From assembly GCA_015233115.1 (NCBI GenBank), contig JADFYJ010000005.1, forward strand, positions 22,359 to 86,358: a DNA stretch of 64,000 nt, given 5' to 3'. A program made the translations under genes and the position numbers. This document shows, piece by piece, positions 9,657 to 18,361 of the stretch. The DNA is from Candidatus Omnitrophota bacterium (GTDB taxonomy: Bacteria; Omnitrophota; Gorgyraeia; Zapsychrales; Zapsychraceae). The notes beneath the pieces were generated by a model that was not told the origin of the DNA, made no database searches, and was given only the letters and a program-made list of their open reading frames with translations. The first letter of the stretch is position 1. Each line of letters starts with the position of its first letter.

Positions 9657-10163
9657 CTAAATGAGTTTTTTCAGTTCCGCAAAAACCGTATCAAAATTCG
9701 GCGAATCCGTCAATTCTTTAACCAATTGCACATAACGGACTTTATTCGTTTTATCAACGATCAAAACAGAACGCGCGGTTAAAGCCAATTCCTTAATCAG
9801 CAAACCATATTTAATAGAAAAATCCGATGATTGATAATCAGACAATACCTCCACGCCGCTGATCCCTTGTGCCGCGCAAAAACGTTTTTGGGCAAACGGC
9901 AAATCTTTGCTAATCCCCAAAATCACCACATCTTTGGATAAACCAGCCGCCCGCTTGTTAAATTCACGAACCTGCAAATCACACACCGGCGTATCAATTG
10001 ACGGAAAAGTCGTAATAACTTTTATTTTCCCCGCGTAATCTTTTAACGAACGCTTCTGCAGATCGCCATTAACCACCGCAAAATCAAGCGCCGCATCTCC
10101 CACTTTAACTAAATTCCCGTCCAAATTTAACGGCCCGCCTTTAAAAGTAATTTGAGTGCCCAT
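9657..10163 (-). CDS. tpx: Thiol peroxidase (atypical 2-Cys peroxiredoxin)
   Basis: PSIDTPVCDLQ, SKDLPFAQKRFC. Confidence 0.94.
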   Translation of the reverse strand: MGTQITFKGGPLNLDGNLVKVGDAALDFAVVNGDLQKRSLKDYAGKIKVITTFPSIDTPVCDLQVREFNKRAAGLSKDVVILGISKDLPFAQKRFCAAQGISGVEVLSDYQSSDFSIKYGLLIKELALTARSVLIVDKTNKVRYVQLVKELTDSPNFDTVFAELKKLI

Positions 10164-10209
10164 AATTATCCCCTATCTTGACTGATTTTTTAAAAAATAA
10201 CATATCGTT

Positions 10210-10342
10210 TTGTAGGGGCGATCTCCTGATCGCCCGCTACAAGATATTCGCTTTTTTATTTTTATATAACAAACGAAAAACACCTGAATATTAAATTTAT
10301 AAATCTTTTATAGTGCGGGCGATCAGGAGATCGCCCCTACAA
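10210..10342. repeat. REP doublet (REPIN-like): two inverted 28-bp GTAG-type REPs
   Basis: TTGTAGGGGCGATCTCCTGATCGCCCGC (10210-10237) and its exact reverse complement (10315-10342), 77-bp AT-rich spacer. Confidence 0.85.
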
Positions 10343-10351
10343 CCGAGTCTT

Positions 10352-11167
10352 TCACTTCTCACTTTTATTTTTTATATGTATTTCCCTCTGCGGATAGGGC
10401 AGAGTGATTCCATTTTTTTCTAATTCGATTTTTGCCCGTTCCGTTATATCAAACAAAACCGCCCAATAATTGCTGGGTTTGGCCCAAGGACGGCACACGA
10501 GATTTACACTGCTTTCCGCTAATTCTGATACAGCTACCATTGGCGCCGGATCTTTTAAAACATTAGGGTTGGACAACATAACCTGCATTAAAATATCTTT
10601 AGCTAATTTTATATTATCATTATACGAAATCCCGAATACCATATCAATACGACGATAAGGAACTGCGCTCAAATTCACAATATTATCATTAATAATCTTG
10701 GAATTCGGTACCATGACATGCTGATTATCAGCTGTCGCGATCAAGGTATTAAAAATTTTTATTTCTTTAACTTCACCGGTAACCCCGCCAGCCTGAACCG
10801 CATCCCCGAGACGAAAAGGCTTTAAAATAATAATCATCACACCAGCCGCAAAATTGGATAATGATCCCTGCAATGCTAAACCGATCGCTAAACCTGCGGC
10901 ACCGACGATTGCGACGATCGAAGTGGTCTGCACGCCCAATTGATTCAAAGCCGCGATAATCACAAATGCTAAAATACCAAAATAAACCAATTCTTTTAAA
11001 AATGAAATCAGCGTGGCATCCAGGTTAGAGCGACGCATAACTTTTTCTAAAAACCGCGCAATGACTCTGGCCAAAATTTTACCGATCAAAAATATGACCA
11101 GCGCCCAAACTAAATTGACTCCGTATTTCAAACCAAATTCATTAACCATATCCCAATTAAAACTCAT
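10352..11167 (-). CDS. mscS: Small-conductance mechanosensitive channel
   Basis: GAAGLAIGLALQGSLSNFAAGV, PFRLGD, VPNSKI, PYPQR. Confidence 0.94.
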   Translation of the reverse strand: MSFNWDMVNEFGLKYGVNLVWALVIFLIGKILARVIARFLEKVMRRSNLDATLISFLKELVYFGILAFVIIAALNQLGVQTTSIVAIVGAAGLAIGLALQGSLSNFAAGVMIIILKPFRLGDAVQAGGVTGEVKEIKIFNTLIATADNQHVMVPNSKIINDNIVNLSAVPYRRIDMVFGISYNDNIKLAKDILMQVMLSNPNVLKDPAPMVAVSELAESSVNLVCRPWAKPSNYWAVLFDITERAKIELEKNGITLPYPQREIHIKNKSEK

Positions 11168-11172
11168 ATTAT

Positions 11173-11628
11173 TTATCCTTTGAGGCCTTGTTTATCTATT
11201 CTAAATCCAAATTGCCAGTATTCGCATTTTACCTTTGCGTTCTCGGTAATCTTGATATCTACTTCGTCATCTTCGCGAATCAGCCCGTGCCATATTCCTT
11301 TAAACAATATAACTGGCTTATCCAAAGAAAAACACTCAATTTTTTTAAAATCCTGTTCACGGCTTACAAAAAATAATGCCTTTCCTTTTACCGGTTCAAA
11401 AGTCTCGTCCGAATCCGGATGGCATTCCATTCTGCCGATCGTGCGGTCGCGCAAAACCAAATACGCCACCCGCCAGCCAGTCTTGGCTTCTGAGGTATGC
11501 ACAATCCGCCATAAATTCCGCTTATCACCCTTCTTTTCTCTAAGGGGATAATCAATGATCCGCCCATATTTTCGGAAATTTACTGAATTAATCGATAGAA
11601 TTTTTAACTCATTATTTATCTGTACCAT
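11173..11628 (-). CDS. Cupin-fold protein, ureidoglycolate lyase-like
   Basis: FRKYGRII, MECHPDSDETFEP, KGIWH; start uncertain (11628 or 11661). Confidence 0.55.
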   Translation of the reverse strand: MVQINNELKILSINSVNFRKYGRIIDYPLREKKGDKRNLWRIVHTSEAKTGWRVAYLVLRDRTIGRMECHPDSDETFEPVKGKALFFVSREQDFKKIECFSLDKPVILFKGIWHGLIREDDEVDIKITENAKVKCEYWQFGFRIDKQGLKG

Positions 11629-11671
11629 ATGCAAATTTCGTGTCCCCCGAATTTCTAACACTGTTGATTAC

Positions 11672-12703
11672 TTATTTCGTTACCGCTGAAATATGCTGTG
11701 CCATGTCCTTAACACGAACATACCATAGCTTCCCCTTTTTTAGAGCCTTGAGTTCGCCACGGTTTATCAAGTTGCGAAGGTAATCCTGGGAATAATCATA
11801 AAGCTGAGCCAAATCACGCAAAGGAATAACTGCATCCTTGCTTATACTTTTTGTCTTTCCTGTCTTCATGCGCTTGATACTTTCAACCAAACGCCCAAGA
11901 ACAATTTTTTTAAGCTCGGAGAGCGGTTTATCAGTCACAATAGCATCAAGCTGCTCGAGCGACAACTTCTTCCCTTTTTCAATCCTCCGGCTGATCTCCT
12001 CAAAACAATCATCCCCCTGCTCTAAGGCACTGTAATAAAGGTCACGATCCAACTTTGAAAAACCCTTGATCGCAATATTCAGATGCCCGCTACCTATAAG
12101 AATGTAGTTTAGTAAAATACGACCAGCACGGCCATTACTATCTCTGAAAGGATGAATTGTTTCAAACCAGGTATGCGTTAAAGCTGCCACTGTTATAGGC
12201 GAATACTTGGACAGTTTCAAATGCCTATTAGTCCAGCGAACCATCAAGTCTACAGCTTCACGAATATAAAAGTGATCAACAGGCTTAAACTTCGACTGCG
12301 TGACTTCGGCCGTCATCTTGCGAAAATCCCCGATCTCACCTATATAACTCCCGAGCTCCTTTTCATACCGCATGAGGAGCGTATGGATCTGTTTTACGTC
12401 AGCCATCCTCAGGCAAAACTCACCCTCAAGCCACTGATTGTAGGCATATTCGTAGATCGTGCTCGCCGCTTCAAAATATCCCAGAATAGCGGCCGCCTTT
12501 TCCTTATTGGTCCGGCTATTATGTTCCAGAACATCAATCAACTCCTGTCGGTTGGCAAAAACCCCTTCCATAGCGATAGAGTTACGAATTTCCTCCCGGA
12601 ACAGCGAATACCATTCTGCATTCTGGACCGTTACAAGCCGTCCATCGCCGGACCGAAGCGCAGCAATAGCTTTCTTCAGACTCTTTTCATCCATAAACAC
12701 CAT
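11672..12703 (-). CDS. Fic family protein with C-terminal excisionase-like HTH
   Basis: HPFRDSNGRAGR Fic motif; N-terminal SIAMEG inhibitory motif; C-terminal LRDLAQLYDYSQDYLRNLINRGELKALKKGKLWYV; start may be 12694. Confidence 0.88.
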   Translation of the reverse strand: MVFMDEKSLKKAIAALRSGDGRLVTVQNAEWYSLFREEIRNSIAMEGVFANRQELIDVLEHNSRTNKEKAAAILGYFEAASTIYEYAYNQWLEGEFCLRMADVKQIHTLLMRYEKELGSYIGEIGDFRKMTAEVTQSKFKPVDHFYIREAVDLMVRWTNRHLKLSKYSPITVAALTHTWFETIHPFRDSNGRAGRILLNYILIGSGHLNIAIKGFSKLDRDLYYSALEQGDDCFEEISRRIEKGKKLSLEQLDAIVTDKPLSELKKIVLGRLVESIKRMKTGKTKSISKDAVIPLRDLAQLYDYSQDYLRNLINRGELKALKKGKLWYVRVKDMAQHISAVTK

Positions 12704-12709
12704 CTCCTA

Positions 12710-12919
12710 TTTGCGAACCCCCGCAGCTGGTTCGGAAATAATATACCACATTATCGTCGATATGCAAATAGAAATTTTATAAATATTCCGAACTTTCCGA
12801 ACCAATACATCGCGCCCCACACTTCACTTTCCGAACCACCAATAAAGGTTCGGAAATAAAATAATATTATTCGACAATATATAAAATTTTTCTTATAACT
12901 TTTGCGAATTTTTCGAACC
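12710..12919. promoter_or_regulatory. Duplicated operator block upstream of fic
   Basis: TTT(G/C)CGAACC-N9-GGTTCGGAAA at 12710-12738 and 12828-12856 plus extra half-sites; - strand TTGCAT/TGGTATATT promoter. Confidence 0.7.
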
Positions 12920-13075
12920 TAAACAAGGAGGACATGCAAACCTTAATTGACAAACTAATGAAAAATAAATGGCGTTTTCGTCAAGGCCTTGAATGGTATA
13001 GCTGGTAGTGTTGCCGGCTGGGATTTCTTACGGGATCAGAGGAGACGAAATAGGGCGCTGTCCCCTATTCTTTTA

Positions 13076-13119
13076 TAAATCAATAGTGACAGGCATCGAT
13101 GCCTGTCACTATTGATTTA
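13076..13119. repeat. Perfect 44-bp palindrome (possible terminator/REP-like)
   Basis: TAAATCAATAGTGACAGGCATC|GATGCCTGTCACTATTGATTTA, 16 bp after the porin stop. Confidence 0.8.
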
Positions 13120-13135
13120 ACCCTATTGCCTCTGA

Positions 13136-14422
13136 TTAAAAATCCCAAGTCAAAGAACCCATGCCAAACTGGGCAAAGGTCTTATATGTGCCTGCTATGT
13201 TAGCATCGGTATCTGTAATCTTCCTCGGCTGGAAGATTCTCGTAACATATGCTAAATCAAAAGATAAATTGTTGGTCAATTTAATTCCCGTCCCAACTGT
13301 TACACAACTGCTATTAGAATCAGCCAGCCATAAAGGATAATTTGTCTTATTAACCGGACTGGGGAAATACGCATATCCCATTCTCATAGCCCACCGGTCT
13401 GTTACCCAATATTCCGTACCGATTCCGCCGGATATTGTATCTTTAAAATGCAAAGAAGTCGAAGCGCCAATGTTGCTTAAAAGCCCGTTAGAATAATCAT
13501 TGGGGTCAACATAATTTATCGCGCTTTGACGCACAGACGACCAATTCATCCACTCCACATCCGCATTGATTCTCCATTTTTCTGTGGGACGGAAGCTATA
13601 ACCTAACGTCACACTTTGCGGTAATTTCATTTTTGAAGATATTTCCGTTTCATAATTTGTCTTACCGCCAAAAAGAGCCATACCTGCGTAGCCACCTAAA
13701 TTATCCAAGTACAATTTACCGTGCATATCCAATTGAATCGGACTACGGTAAACTAAACCAATTTGATTCTGATCATTAATTTTAAATAAGCCAGAGATGT
13801 GATACCCCATCCCGTCATTATCTTTTCCCTTGGCCTCAATATTGCCATTTCCACCTGCAAGATTATCAAACTTTACAGTTTTATTGATTCTGGACATTTC
13901 AAAATCAAATCCAGCACCCAGAGAAAACCGTTCCGTAACTTTCACCCCTATAGCGGCAATAGCTGTAGAGTCAACCATATCAGTTTTTATTGCTTTATAT
14001 TTCGCAAAACTGTTATCTGCCCATTCTGTTCCCAGACCCCAAGTTGAAACAACCCCAAATCCGAATGCCACACGGTCATTTTTCATTTTATCCGCGAAGA
14101 AGAAATGCGGAATGGTGAACTCTTTTACTTTTCCGGCAGAATCTTCCTGACCAGCAGCAGAGGAATGATAATGTTGGCGCAATTGTAAAGCAGTCGCACC
14201 TAGCTGTATATGACGGCCTTCATTGAGTTGAGTTAAACCTGCGGGATTGTAATAAACTGCGGATGGAGTGTCGGCTTCGCCTGCAAACGCGAAACCCATG
14301 CTTTCGGCTTTTGGATCAACCACTTGCGCATTATACCCGCCTGATCCTGCGGCCATTGCGGGACTTACCATAGATAATATCCCACCCAACAAAAAAAGAA
14401 CAAACAGTATCGCCTTGTTCAC
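13136..14422 (-). CDS. OmpP1/FadL/TodX family outer-membrane transporter
   Basis: Signal peptide; MGFAFAGEADTPSAVYYNPAGL hatch motif; beta-strands; C-terminal Phe. Confidence 0.88.
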   Translation of the reverse strand: MNKAILFVLFLLGGILSMVSPAMAAGSGGYNAQVVDPKAESMGFAFAGEADTPSAVYYNPAGLTQLNEGRHIQLGATALQLRQHYHSSAAGQEDSAGKVKEFTIPHFFFADKMKNDRVAFGFGVVSTWGLGTEWADNSFAKYKAIKTDMVDSTAIAAIGVKVTERFSLGAGFDFEMSRINKTVKFDNLAGGNGNIEAKGKDNDGMGYHISGLFKINDQNQIGLVYRSPIQLDMHGKLYLDNLGGYAGMALFGGKTNYETEISSKMKLPQSVTLGYSFRPTEKWRINADVEWMNWSSVRQSAINYVDPNDYSNGLLSNIGASTSLHFKDTISGGIGTEYWVTDRWAMRMGYAYFPSPVNKTNYPLWLADSNSSCVTVGTGIKLTNNLSFDLAYVTRIFQPRKITDTDANIAGTYKTFAQFGMGSLTWDF

Positions 14423-14511
14423 TTTCTCCCCCCCTTGTTATTTTGTTCAAAAGTGAAATACGCTTTTATTATATATGGTAAATTGCATTTACCAAATAAA
14501 ATTCTATTTTT

Positions 14512-15942
14512 TTACATTAAGCTTTTGTAGACACCTAAGGTGTGATCGGCTATAACATCCCAGGAGAAATCTTTTTCTGCAGCATAGCGGCCATTTTTTC
14601 CCATCCACCTGCCATGTTCAAAACCAGCGAATAATGATCCAACGCCCCACGCCACTGAATCAGGGTTAGGATGAATTTTAAATCCGCTCACATCATGCCA
14701 TACAATTTCTGAAGGCCCACCAATATTGGTCGCGATAACTGGTTTGCCAGCACTCCATGCTTCCAATATAACAATACCAAAAGGTTCATTACGGCTAGGC
14801 ACACAAACACAATCGCAGGCTTTGTAAAGATCTCTTAAGCCCCACGCATTTTGCTGTCCTAAGAAACGGCAAGCATGGCCAACTCCTAATTGATGCGCTC
14901 TGCGTTCCACTGATCCACGTAAATTACCATCACCCGCAAAAACGAATTTAGCGTTTGAATAAGAACGTAAAATCATGGGAATAGCTTCAACTAAAATATC
15001 CGGACCTTTTTGCTGGGTCATACGTCCCACAAAGAGCACCATAGGATCCATCGGAGCAATAGAATAGCGCATTTTAACTCCACCCGCATCAACGTGAACA
15101 TCATAAAATGTAGGATTTACTCCATTATATACCACATTGACTTTATGGTCTGGCAAATTATACATCCACTGAACTTCCCCTTTAGTCGCATAGGATACAG
15201 CTATGACTTTGTCCGCACAAAATGTTCCATTACGCTCGTGATCCCGGATTCGAGCTGACGGCCCGGCATAAAAATTATTACCGCAGCGTCCATATTCAGT
15301 TGAATGCATAGTCATAATACCCCGTCTGCCGCGGCCTTGTTTAATCCATACCATGGCATTAGATGCTAGCCAATCATGTGCGTGAACTATATCAAAATGC
15401 GCACCCATGTAATCTTCAGTATGAAAAACAGAGCCCACAAAAGCCCGGCACATATTATTAATATCTTCAATAAAATCACTATGCGGGCCATACGGAACCC
15501 TATGGTAATGAACACCATCGATCAATTGGTATTGCAAATGACCAGGATAAGCCATACGGGTATAAACGTGAACTTCATGGCCTTTGCGTTCTAAAGCGCA
15601 AGCTAATTCAGTCACATGGTTAGCTACCCCTCCAACACTAATCGAATGCAGAGTTTCCCAAGACAATAAAGCCACACGTAGCGGATTAACCTTTGGCTTA
15701 ACTTCAACTATTTCAGGTATTTGAGGAGCTTGCGGCTGTGCTTCTTCAATGCGGCTGATCATTTCTTCAATGATCGTTTCATCCTGCTTTTTGAGCAAAT
15801 CTTCTATGATGGCAGAAGCGCTATCCACAGTTTCATGGTCAGCAATCTCTGGAAGTTGTTTTATTTCAAGAACTTCCTCAGTCATTGTGATTCGTGAAAT
15901 CGCTTTCTTGTTATTTAAAGTAGATTCTTTTGCGGTTTTCAT
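14512..15942 (-). CDS. GT4 glycosyltransferase (alpha-glucan synthase-like)
   Basis: SWE...VGGVANHVTEL, HAHDWL, HSTEYGR, EPFGIVILEAW. Confidence 0.85.
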   Translation of the reverse strand: MKTAKESTLNNKKAISRITMTEEVLEIKQLPEIADHETVDSASAIIEDLLKKQDETIIEEMISRIEEAQPQAPQIPEIVEVKPKVNPLRVALLSWETLHSISVGGVANHVTELACALERKGHEVHVYTRMAYPGHLQYQLIDGVHYHRVPYGPHSDFIEDINNMCRAFVGSVFHTEDYMGAHFDIVHAHDWLASNAMVWIKQGRGRRGIMTMHSTEYGRCGNNFYAGPSARIRDHERNGTFCADKVIAVSYATKGEVQWMYNLPDHKVNVVYNGVNPTFYDVHVDAGGVKMRYSIAPMDPMVLFVGRMTQQKGPDILVEAIPMILRSYSNAKFVFAGDGNLRGSVERRAHQLGVGHACRFLGQQNAWGLRDLYKACDCVCVPSRNEPFGIVILEAWSAGKPVIATNIGGPSEIVWHDVSGFKIHPNPDSVAWGVGSLFAGFEHGRWMGKNGRYAAEKDFSWDVIADHTLGVYKSLM

Positions 15943-16149
15943 AATAAGACCTTGGCACCCGGGTTCACAAATTTTTTAAATTTATATGTGTTCCAAGTTT
16001 ATATATTTCTGTGTGATATGGAAAATATAACACATGAAATCAATTTTGCAAAGAAATTATTTTTTGTACTGAGATGCCTATTTTATGTTAAGTAGCGTAA
16101 TCGACGGGAGTAAGACTTTAGGGAAATAAATAAGTGTAAAAAATATTTT

Positions 16150-16803
16150 TTATTTACACTTATCCAGCAAATTTTTAATTTCTTGAAGATTATCGCAACA
16201 ACGGGAAATTTTATCAAAATTAATTTCAGAAACATTCTTATGAAGGCTTAAATGAGAAAGATACACAACCGGAAATTGAAGTTTATTGCGAATTTTGTCC
16301 ACAATAGTTTCAATGTTAATGGTGGCGTAACGCAGTTTTTCCAAAAATTCTGAAATAGAATTTAAAGAAATTGAAATCCGCTGCATATCTTCCAGGGTAA
16401 TCACCGCTTCCTTATCCCTTTCCAAATAACTGCCAATGATAAGACTCATGATATTCAAATCATTTCCCAAATAATGCCCCATCAATTCTTTAACAGCCAA
16501 ATGCAAGCCTTTGCTTTCCTGAATGATTTTAACTAATTTAACATCATGGCTGTGCAAATGTTCAGGATAATAAATCTTACGGAAATGTTCAATCATCTTT
16601 GATACATAAATACCCATTTTTTCAAGGTCTGCCCTGCTCACCGATTCTTTGAGGTCTTGATAATATTCCAAGATAAAGCGGGTTGAGGTAAGATATTCAG
16701 ATATGACACTATAAATATACGCCCACATTTCTGTTGAAAGCGACACATGAGCAGCTTCAATTTCCGCGAATAATTCTTTTTCTTTCGGGTGTATATTAGC
16801 CAC
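16150..16803 (-). CDS. Hypothetical helical protein with H-box-like segments
   Basis: 217-aa ORF co-oriented behind a response regulator; GHYLGNDL and DKIRNKL segments. Confidence 0.55.
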   Translation of the reverse strand: MANIHPKEKELFAEIEAAHVSLSTEMWAYIYSVISEYLTSTRFILEYYQDLKESVSRADLEKMGIYVSKMIEHFRKIYYPEHLHSHDVKLVKIIQESKGLHLAVKELMGHYLGNDLNIMSLIIGSYLERDKEAVITLEDMQRISISLNSISEFLEKLRYATINIETIVDKIRNKLQFPVVYLSHLSLHKNVSEINFDKISRCCDNLQEIKNLLDKCK

Positions 16804-16830
16804 GATAAACTTTTCGTTCTAGATTTACGA

Positions 16831-17229
16831 TTAATTAGCTGACTTTAAAACTTTTTCAACACACGCGTCCAAAGTTTCCATAAAATTTTTGAGTTCAATG
16901 GGTTTATGACAATATTTCTCAGCGCCCAAGTCTTTGGCTTTCTCGATAATGGCGTCTTCTTCCATGCGGGACACCATTAAACAAACTGCCTGTGGATTCA
17001 TTTTTTTAACTTCTTCCAAAACTTTTAATCCATCAATTTCGTATGAGCTTCCTAAAAAGACATCCAAAATGCAAATTTCACTTTTTTCTTTTTTATAATA
17101 TTCTAACGCTTCGTTAGGATTAGTCGTCGCGAAAACATTATATCCCTTACGCAACAGTATATTTTTGACAAAAAAAACGATTCCTTCTTCATCATCCAGA
17201 ACCATAATGCGTATTTGAGATCGATCCAT
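16831..17229 (-). CDS. Single-domain response regulator (REC)
   Basis: VLDDE, ILDV (phosphoacceptor), MVS, HKP. Confidence 0.9.
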   Translation of the reverse strand: MDRSQIRIMVLDDEEGIVFFVKNILLRKGYNVFATTNPNEALEYYKKEKSEICILDVFLGSSYEIDGLKVLEEVKKMNPQAVCLMVSRMEEDAIIEKAKDLGAEKYCHKPIELKNFMETLDACVEKVLKSAN

Positions 17230-17241
17230 ATTTTCTCCTTC

Positions 17242-18198
17242 TCAATGTTCTAATGTTGACAAATGTTTAATGCGTTTGAGCATATTTGGATGCGTGCTGA
17301 GGATTTCCATCATTTTATCTGTAAAACTAACATTGATCTCTCTATTGCGTAATGCTGAGAGTTCAGCCGAATCAATGCTATGGCTCCCGTCCTGATCCAA
17401 TTCTTTTAATTCACGGATCTCTGCTGATGCCCGGGACGGGTCACTAGCAAAAAAAGCTTTCATCCCTTCTGCTTCGCGGATAACATCTTTATCCAGGCGG
17501 GCAGCTCCGTAAACTAATTTATAAAGCGCGGAAGCTAATTTCGCCGGAGGATTGCCTAATTCGACTGACCCTTTATCCGCAAAATACTCACGGATACGGG
17601 ACGCATAAAGGATCAATAAATTCGTAATAAAATAAAATATAAACGCAGCTAAGCCGACAAAAGCCGCATTGCCGCGCTCTCTCCCTCTTCCTCCGTAAAA
17701 TAAAAAACTCCAGGCAATACGGTACAAAATCATAGGAATAACGGACAGTATGGTAATCGTGAGCACGTCCCGGTTTTTCAAATGGGTAATTTCATGACCA
17801 ATCACGGCTTTTAATTCATCTTCCTCCAAAAGATCCACAATCCCTTTTGTCACACAAACCCGGCCGTCACGTTGCCCGCGGCCAAACGCAAAAGCATTGG
17901 GAATCTCAGATTGGGACACACAAACACGCGGTATAGGAATGCCGGCACGCGTAGCCTGATCTTCAACCATTGCGAATAATTCAGGAAAATCTTCCCGCTG
18001 AATATACCTCACGCCCATGGTCCATTCCACCATCTTGGGACCAATCATATATTGAACCAGCATAATCCCCACAGAAATGACCAGATAAAAATAAAAATTC
18101 GTCACGCCCATGGATGTCCCCACCATAACCACAATGGCATAAACAATCGCGAACAAAACGCCCAATAACATCATCATGCGAGTCTGCAAAGAAAACAT
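17242..18198 (-). CDS. htpX: HtpX family M48 zinc metalloprotease
   Basis: PNAFAFG, HEITH, SRIREYFAD, STHP. Confidence 0.9.
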   Translation of the reverse strand: MFSLQTRMMMLLGVLFAIVYAIVVMVGTSMGVTNFYFYLVISVGIMLVQYMIGPKMVEWTMGVRYIQREDFPELFAMVEDQATRAGIPIPRVCVSQSEIPNAFAFGRGQRDGRVCVTKGIVDLLEEDELKAVIGHEITHLKNRDVLTITILSVIPMILYRIAWSFLFYGGRGRERGNAAFVGLAAFIFYFITNLLILYASRIREYFADKGSVELGNPPAKLASALYKLVYGAARLDKDVIREAEGMKAFFASDPSRASAEIRELKELDQDGSHSIDSAELSALRNREINVSFTDKMMEILSTHPNMLKRIKHLSTLEH

Positions 18199-18214
18199 AA
18201 GTTTCTCCTGTAAG

Positions 18215-18361
18215 AGTATGTAGTGCGTAGTATGTCGTATGTAGCAAAAACGAAAATAAAAAATAAATTTTTTTCAAAAAACAATCCGTAAATCAACTTT
18301 GTGTTTTTTTCAGCCAATCGCGTTTTTTCACCACATACTACATACCACATACTACATACTA
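18215..18361. repeat. STR-armed element E1 (GTATGTN heptamer, inverted arms)
   Basis: 4 units at 18216-18244, inverted 4 units at 18331-18360 overlapping the upstream TAG; CAATCGC at 18315. Confidence 0.9.

Noticed and set aside
12934-13008. 24-codon + strand ORF after AAGGAGG
   Set aside because: RBS is only 2 nt from the ATG and the peptide has no recognisable feature.
490-13119. Prophage, ICE or integron
   Set aside because: No integrase, transposase, phage structural gene, tRNA target or convincing att/attC site seen.
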